DNA of 64,000 bases, from positions 7,688,001 to 7,752,000 of the forward strand of contig OZ024764.1 in assembly GCA_964016885.1 (NCBI GenBank). The letters run 5' to 3'. The notes below the pieces were generated by a model. That model had not been told where the DNA came from. It ran no database searches and saw only the letters and a program-made list of their open reading frames with translations. A program made the position numbers and the translations under genes. Position 1 is the first letter of the stretch, and every line of letters starts with the position of its first letter. The DNA is from Eledone cirrhosa. Taxonomy: Eukaryota. This document shows positions 56,441 through 64,000 of this stretch, in pieces.

Positions 56441-56523
56441 CTGAAGAAACAGCTCTTGATATTATTGATGAAGCCATATATTTCTTCAAGGCCAACATAT
56501 TCTTCAGAAATTTTGAAATTAAG
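56441..56523 (+). CDS. ARPC3: ARPC3 exon 3 (TEETALDIIDEAIYFFKANIFFRNFEIK)
   Basis: DI.DEAIY.FKAN.FF.N.EIK motif; ctacag acceptor, gtgagt donor; 83 nt. Confidence 0.97.
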
Positions 56524-57060
56524 GTGAGTAAAGGTTTTGGTTTATGATCGTTGTTTAAAATTTCTGTTGTAGTTGACTTCGGACAACGTGATAATCTCAT
56601 TTAATCTAATCTGGCCGAGTTTACACTCCACACATCACTATATATATACACTATCATATATACACCATTATATATCTATCTAAGCTAATCTGGCCGAGTT
56701 TACACTCCACACATCATTATATATACACTATATATACACAGTTCAAATCCCGCCGAGGTTGACTTTGCCTTTCATCCTTATGGGGTCGATAAAATAAAGT
56801 ACCAGTAATACACTGGGTACTTGTTGGCCTTGTGCCTAAAGTAGAAACAATTATATATACACTATCATATATACACCATTATATACACACCACTGTATAC
56901 AGCATTATATATCTATCTAATCTAATCTGGCTGAGTTTACACTCCACACATCATGATATATACACTATCATATATACACCATTATATACACACCACTGTA
57001 TACACCATTATATATCTATCTAATCTAATCTGGCCGAGTTTACACTCCACACATCATTAT

Positions 57061-59108
57061 CTGTCGAGACACTGCATCCTTTAAAACCTCCATGGAACAA
57101 ACTACCTGCACCAGTTGTTAGCTGTCGAGACACTGCATCCTTTAAAACCTCCATGGAACAAACTACCTGCATCAGTTGTTATCTGTCGAGACACTGCATC
57201 CTTTAAAACCTCCATGGAACAAACTACCTGCATCAGTTGTTAGCTGTCGGGACACTGCATCCTTTAAAACCTCCATGGAACAAACTACCTGCATCAGTTG
57301 TTAGCTGTCGAGACACTGCATCCTTTAAAACCTCCATGGAACAAACTACCTGCACCAGTTGTTAGCTGTCGAGACACTGCATCCTTTAAAACCTCCATGG
57401 AACAAACTACCTGCATCAGTTGTTAGCTGCCGAGACACTGCATCCTTTAAAACCTCCATGGAACAAACTACCTGCATCACTTGATAGCTGTCGAGACACT
57501 GCATCCTTTAAAACCTCCATGGAACAAACTACCTGCATCAGTTGTTAGCTGCCGAGACACTGCATCCTTTAAAACCTCCATGGAACAAACTACCTGCACC
57601 AGTTGTTAGCTGTCGAGACACTGCATCCTTTAAAACCTCCATGGAACAAACTACCTGCATCAGTTGTTAGCTGCCGAGACACTGCATCCTTTAAAACCTC
57701 CATGGAACAAACTACCTGCATCAGTTGATAGCTGTCGAGACACTGCATCCTTTAAAACCTCCATGGAACAAACTACCTGCATCAGTTGTTAGCTGCCGAG
57801 ACACTGCATCCTTTAAAACCTCCATGGAACAAACTACCTGCACCAGTTGTTAGCTGTCGAGACACTGCATCCTTTAAAACCTCCATGGAACAAACTACCT
57901 GCATCAGTTGTTAGCTGTCGAGACACTGCATCCTTTAAAACCTCCATGGAACAAACTACCTGCACCAGTTGTTAGCTGTCGAGACACTGCATCCTTTAAA
58001 ACCTCCATGGAACAAACTACCTGCATCAGTTGTTAGCTGCCGAGACACTGCATCCTTTAAAACCTCCATGGAACAAACTACCTGCATCAGTTGATAGCTG
58101 TCGAGACACTGCATCCTTTAAAACCTCCATGGAACAAACTACCTGCATCAGTTGTTAGCTGCCGAGACACTGCATCCTTTAAAACCTCCATGGAACAAAC
58201 TACCTGCATCAGTTGTTAGCTGTCGAGACACTGCATCCTTTAAAACCTCCATGGAACAAACTACCTGCATCAGTTGATAGCTGTCCAGACACTGCATCCT
58301 TTAAAACCTCCATGGAACAAACTACCTGCATCAGTTGATAGCTGTTGAGACACTGCATCCTTTAAAACCTCCATGGAACAAACTAGCTGCATCAGTTGTT
58401 AGCTGTCGAGACACTGCATCCTTTAAAACCTCCATGGAACAAACTACCTGCATCAGTTGTTAGCTGTCGAGACACTGCATCCTTTAAAACCTCCATGGAA
58501 CAAACTACCTGCATCAGTTGTTAGCTGTCGAGACACTGCATCCTTTAAAACCTCCATGGAACAAACTACCTGCATCAGTTGATAGCTGTCGAGACACTGC
58601 ATCCTTTAAAACCTCCATGGAACAAACTACCTGCATCAGTTGATAGCTGTTGAGACACTGCATCCTTTAAAACCTCCATGGAACAAACTAGCTGCATCAG
58701 TTGTTAGCTGTCGAGACACTGCATCCTTTAAAACCTCCATGGAACAAACTACCTGCATCAGTTGTTAGCTGTCGAGACACTGCATCCTTTAAAACCTCCA
58801 TGGAACAAACTACCTGCATCAGTTGTTAGCTGTCGAGACACTGCATCCTTTAAAACCTCCATGGAACAAACTACCTGCATCAGTTGATAGCTGTCAAGAC
58901 ACTGCATCCTTTAAAACCTCCATACCTCCTGAAATTCACCAACACTACACCTAATACTCCCCCTCCATACACACACATGTATATCACGACTCATACACTG
59001 TTCACTTTCCTGACATTTGTACATTATTCTATGTACTATACATGCACCTTTGATGAGTTGTAGTGCACCTGAGCACTGTACACAATAATTTCATTATGAT
59101 TATTATTA
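57061..59108 (+). repeat. 61-bp minisatellite (about 30 copies) followed by the CR1 3' end and (ATT)n tail, ARPC3 intron 3
   Basis: Period 61; same unit as in 42284-42775. Confidence 0.95.
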
Positions 59109-59201
59109 TGTTCCAAAGAACAACTTTATTACGAGAAAGTTAGTTACATTATTGTGATGATGATGATGATGGTTACCCTTACGTCTCTCTATCTCTTTCA
59201 G

Positions 59202-59270
59202 AATGACTGTGATCGTACATTGATCTACATTACACTGTATATCACAGAATGTCTTAAGAAGCTACAGAAA
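59202..59270 (+). CDS. ARPC3: ARPC3 exon 4 ([23 protein letters not shown]); later exons not seen in the window
   Basis: [19 protein letters not shown] motif; tttcag acceptor, gtaagt donor; 69 nt. Confidence 0.97.
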
Positions 59271-59390
59271 GTAAGTGGAGCATATATCTGTCTGTTTGTC
59301 TATCTATCTATCTAGCTCTCTATCTATCTCTCTATCAGTCTATCTATCTACCTATCTATCTCTCTATCAGTCTATCTATCTATCTATCTT

Positions 59391-62350
59391 GATAGAGTAA
59401 GACACACTTCACATCGGCTCCGCAATTCCATCGGAATTTACCCTTACTATAGTAAGTACCAGAGAATTTTTTCAGTGCAACACATTTGAAACACTTACCC
59501 CTGTTATTTAGGGAAACATTTTTACATTTACCCCCTTTTTAGGGGGTAAAATAAATATCTATTTTGCTCTAAAATCTCTTTCTTGGCAGCATGGCGGAAA
59601 AGATGGCAGACATGTCTGCCATTAGCTCTGCCACGCCCCCCAAATCTGAAGAACAAAAAGAAATAGATACAACAAAACTAGACAACGAAACAAACAAGGA
59701 AAATGAAAAAACAAATGTTACGGAAAATGAGCAAACGGAAAACAAACAAACAGAAAATAAGAACACAAATAACAACAAGGCAACTTTCGCCCAGAAAATA
59801 AAACAGTCCATAACATATACACCAATAGACTTAACTGCCGCCAGAGAAAAACTGGCAGAAGCCAAAAAACACATAGTCTTGGGGGAGAACGGAATGTTTT
59901 CCATTAACTCCCCCCCCAGAATTCAAGAAAGCGAGAACAGAGAGCACAGTTCTCTTCAGAACAATCTTAAACCAAACGAGAAAGCAAAGCCCAGCCAAAT
60001 GGAGATAGAGTTGGTCCTAAAAGACTATATGAAGAATATTCTCTTCATACGAAAGGACCGACTCTATGGCAGCATTTCGGTCTTAACAAAAGTCAAGGAA
60101 ACGGCGCAGAAGCTTTCCCTAAGCCCACTCTCATCAACAACATACAGCTTCTATCCCTCCTACATGGGTAGAAGAACACAGAGAGTCAAAGTACAAACAA
60201 TGCTGCCCACAATGGACTTCTGGTGGGCTATTGCTGGCTTCATAGACATGGGCGAGGACACAGTGCTGTCAATGGGGAAGGCATCTGGAGATGCGTTCCT
60301 GGGAATGGGCCTCGACCTACTAGTCCAAATGAGGCCCGAAAGAATAGCACAAATCCCGGATCGCATCTGGCTGGATGACCTTACCCCAATAGATATAATT
60401 GTAGAGGGGAGAAAACCAGCATGCTATTTATGCACGGAAAGGGGACACGTTAAGGCTAACTGCCCGAAACGTATCCCCCAAAAAGGACTATTGCCCACAC
60501 CCACCACAAGCAGTACACCAACACCACCCACCTCCAAAAATACACTAATACCACACACAGCAAACAAAATACAGACACCACCAACCACAAGCACAACATA
60601 AACATCACCACCACCAGCACCAAACACAAGCACGACACAAAAATCACCACCACCATCACCAACCACAACACAAACATCACCACCACCATCACCAACCACA
60701 AGCACGACACAAACATCACCACCACCACCACAAAATGCATTCCAAACAAATAATAAAAAAAAAAAACACCAACAAATCTACCCCTCCCGCAAAAAAAAAA
60801 CAACCAGACACCACGTCCCTCCCACCTAGCGCTGAAGAGTTTCCCCCAACTTCTGAAGAAGAAGGAGGAGAAGCCTTCAGACAAGTTAAAAGAAAAAAAA
60901 GAAAGCACACACCCAACACACCACAAATAACCCACACACAAACACCAACTCCAATCAAAAACACCCCACCCTCAACAAACAAAAATAAATCTGCGCCTCC
61001 CCTCTCCGAAACATTGACAGCATCACAAAAAAAGACTTTACAATACACATATATAAATAAAGAAAACAAAAAACTGTTTAAATTAATAAAAAATAGCCTT
61101 TTGGTGCAGACCGAAGGGCCAAACTTTATCTCAACAGAGAACTTCACCCATTTAAAAATGATAAAGGTCCCTCTGGACCTTTATCGTTCCTTAAAAGAAC
61201 AATTTAGACAGGACGTGAGCCCCCCCCCCCCTGTTTAAAACCGTTAAATCGCGTCCTCTTGAAAGATTTCCCCATAACCTCCCCTCTCCCTGACACAACT
61301 CCAAATACCCCAACCCCACCACACTCGGGTACCCCCACACCACCACAAAACATCCCTCCACCCAACACACCTGACGCCATGGAAATTACACAACCCGGAG
61401 AGGTAGGTGCTTTTCTTTCTTCACTTTCAACACCAAAATAGATCAATTGAGAGTTGGCTGTTTGAACGCGCGTGGCCTGGGCTCAGCTTGGAAACAAGCA
61501 AAGCTTCTAAGTGACCTCAGGTCACAAAGTATAGATGTGATGGTTGTTTGCGAGAGTCGGATCAGCAGCGTGCGACAGCTGGCTCCCGCCTTCGATGACT
61601 TTGAGATGCACGCATCTCTCTGTCAACCCGGAGGCGGGGGGGGGGGGGGCGTACTGCTGGATAAACGTCTGGCTCTCGACGGACAGATTGTTCACTCGGA
61701 CCCGGGGGGGGTCGATTAGTGGTGCTGGACGTCGGAGGCGGTGAAGGCGGGGCTTTCAGACTGGTCGGTCTTTATGCCCCCTTCGGGGCTGAAAGAGCCG
61801 ACTTCTTCCAGCGTCTGGAGACTTTTCTAGGAACGTCGCGTTCCCTGCTTTTAGTGGGGGACTGGAATGGAATCCTAGATGTGCGTTGGGACTATGCAGG
61901 GGCATGTCCCGATAGAGGGGGGTGTAGCAGCCTCAAGGGGTTACTCGATCGATTCGACCTGGTCGATAGATTTCGACTGGATTGTCCAACTACGCCAACC
62001 TGGACCTGGGCAAACCGCAGTGGACAATCTAGATCCTACCTAGATAGGTTTTTGGTTAGGAGTAAAGAAGCGAGAATGGCTTGTGTAAATGGGCCTTCTC
62101 TCTACATTGTTCTGTAGGTGAAGAAGTGAAGAGGAAAGGGGGAGCGCCTCCTCTCTGGGCTTCCCCCGCGAAAAGAGTTGCACACTTTTCGGGGGTATGT
62201 GCAATCCCCAACACGCCCCCTCCCTTTTGAGGACTTTTTATTTTTATGTTATTCTCATTGTTATGCCTTTTTCTTGACTCGTATTTATGTAAACTCCCCC
62301 CTGTGTATTTGTCCCTTTCTCTTGTGCCCTCGTGGCAAATAAATAGAAAT
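59391..62350 (+). mobile_element. L1/Tx1-type non-LTR retrotransposon, internally deleted: ORF1 with CCHC knuckle, APE endonuclease, 3' UTR
   Basis: CYLCTERGHVKANC in ORF 59591-60601; VGCLNARGL, GDWN, SYLDRFL in 61447-62070; RT absent (jump to C-terminus); flanked by (TATC)n. Confidence 0.88.
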
Positions 62351-62393
62351 CTATCTACCTATCTATATATCTATCTCTCTATCTATCTATCTA

Positions 62394-63742
62394 TCAAACC
62401 GCCACCCTCCTTCAAAAACGAAGGAGAGGCGGTTTTCCTTTGTGTGATAGCTATGGCGAAAGAGGTTGTATGGTGGACAAGGTTGAAAGGGCTGAGGTCA
62501 GACACCTTTCTCTCCGGCCAACAACTGATTCTTTTTTCAAATACCATTTTGGAAGAAGAGTCAGGATGGAGAGAGAGGTGCTGTACCCCAGGATGGAGAG
62601 AGAGGTGCTGTACCCCAGCAAGTTTTATGAAAGGTGGGTGAAAGTGGCGAGAATGGCCCGAGTGAATGGGCCTTCTCTCTATATCAGCCTGTAGGTTGAG
62701 GAAAAGGAGGAGGAGAGGAAAGGAGTACAAACTCTTCGTACTCCTGGAGATGAGGGTTGCACATTTTTTTTCGGGGGTATGTGTTACCCATATAAACTGT
62801 CTCCCCCTATTGGGGAAAATCGACTAACTTTTAAATTCCATCTGTGATAACATTTTACACGTTTTTATTGTATGTAAACTTCCCCCTTTGTATTTGTCCC
62901 CTTCTTTTGTGCCCCTGTGGCTAATAAAGAAATATATCTATCTACCTATCTACATATCTATCTCTCTATCTATCTATCTACCTATCTGGCCTGGCAGTGC
63001 TACCAAGGAGCTCTACCAGTTCGAGACAAGCTCTACAGACATGGGCGCCCGGGCAGGGACCCTGCAAAAAAGATCTGTCCGAGGTGCGTGCGAGACGAAG
63101 AAACCGTCGCGCACGCATTCATACGCCGCCCGGGCGTCACCGACCTGTGGGGCTATGTAGAACGACTATTGTCACGGGTGGGACCAATCCGGTTGACCAC
63201 CGAGTCCATTGTCATGATCAAACCGCCACCCTCCTTTAAAAACGAAGGAGAGGCGGTTTTCCTTTGTGTGATAGCTAAGAGGTTGTATGGTGGACGAGGT
63301 TGAAAGGGCTGAGGTCAGACACCTTTCTCTCTGGCCAACAACTGATTCATTTTTTCAAATACCATTTTGGAAGAAGAGTCAGGATGGAGAGAGAGGTGCT
63401 GTACCCCAGGATGGAGAGAGAGGTGCTGTACCCCAGCAAGTTTTATAAAAGGTGGGTGAATGTGGCAAAGGTGGCCCGAGTGGTTGGGCCTTCTCTCTAT
63501 ATAAGCCTGTAGGTTGAGGAAAAAGAAGAGAGGAAGGGAGTACTCACTCTTGGTGCTCCTGGAGATGAGGGTTGTACATTTTTTCAGGGTGTGTACAACC
63601 CCTGTGTAACGCCTCCCCCCTATTGGGGATTTCAATTGTTATTTGTTGTTTTATTAATAGTTTTATTTTCATATACCTGTATGTAAACTCCCCATTTGTA
63701 TTTGTCCCCTTCTTTTGTGCCCTTGTGGCTAATAAAGAAATT
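62394..63742 (+). mobile_element. Two further 5'-truncated copies of the same element (62394-62935, 62987-63742)
   Basis: WQCYQGALPVRDKL...CPRC...ETVAHAF (zf-RVT-like C-terminus); shared 3' UTR ending ctaataaagaaa; separated by (TATC)n. Confidence 0.88.
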
Positions 63743-64000
63743 TATCTATCTCTCTATCTATCTATCTATCTACCTATCTATATATCTATCTTTGAAGTTT
63801 ATCGTACTTTAAGTTTTAAAAAATCGATAATTTCCAGTCTGCATTGATTATTTATAAATCAATAGGACATTTGCATGCAAATGCTCAAATGAATGTTATT
63901 TTCTGCCATAACTTTTAAAGTTCTCAACCGATTTCCTTCAAAATTGAAACACAGATAAATTATGTGCTAAGGATGGCTTTAGGCTAAGAAAACATTATCC

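Overview
AT-rich, microsatellite- and retroelement-dense animal DNA; the SINE/LINE content and (TA)n/(ATG)n landscape suggest an octopod cephalopod (inference). Genes reconstructed by hand: a complete 8-exon GPN3 on the minus strand (49939->31646, 277 aa, all GT-AG, phases consistent); the first four coding exons of ARPC3 on the plus strand, head-to-head with GPN3 (ATGs about 2.1 kb apart); and one minus-strand exon of a PtpB/Y_phosphatase3-like protein. The remainder is tRNA-derived SINEs, RTE, CR1, CRE and L1/Tx1-type LINE remnants, a DD37D Tc1/mariner element, a piggyBac-type MITE, a Helitron remnant and several minisatellites grown out of those elements. Most notable: several short elements in (TA)n tracts carrying type-I hammerhead-ribozyme motifs, often as inverted pairs, plus one tandem pair 175 nt apart; an L1/Tx1-like element always embedded in (TATC)n; a 57-bp array made of the GPN3 exon-7 splice acceptor; and a 243-bp near-perfect palindrome downstream of GPN3. 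All long repeat ORFs in the track are judged spurious.
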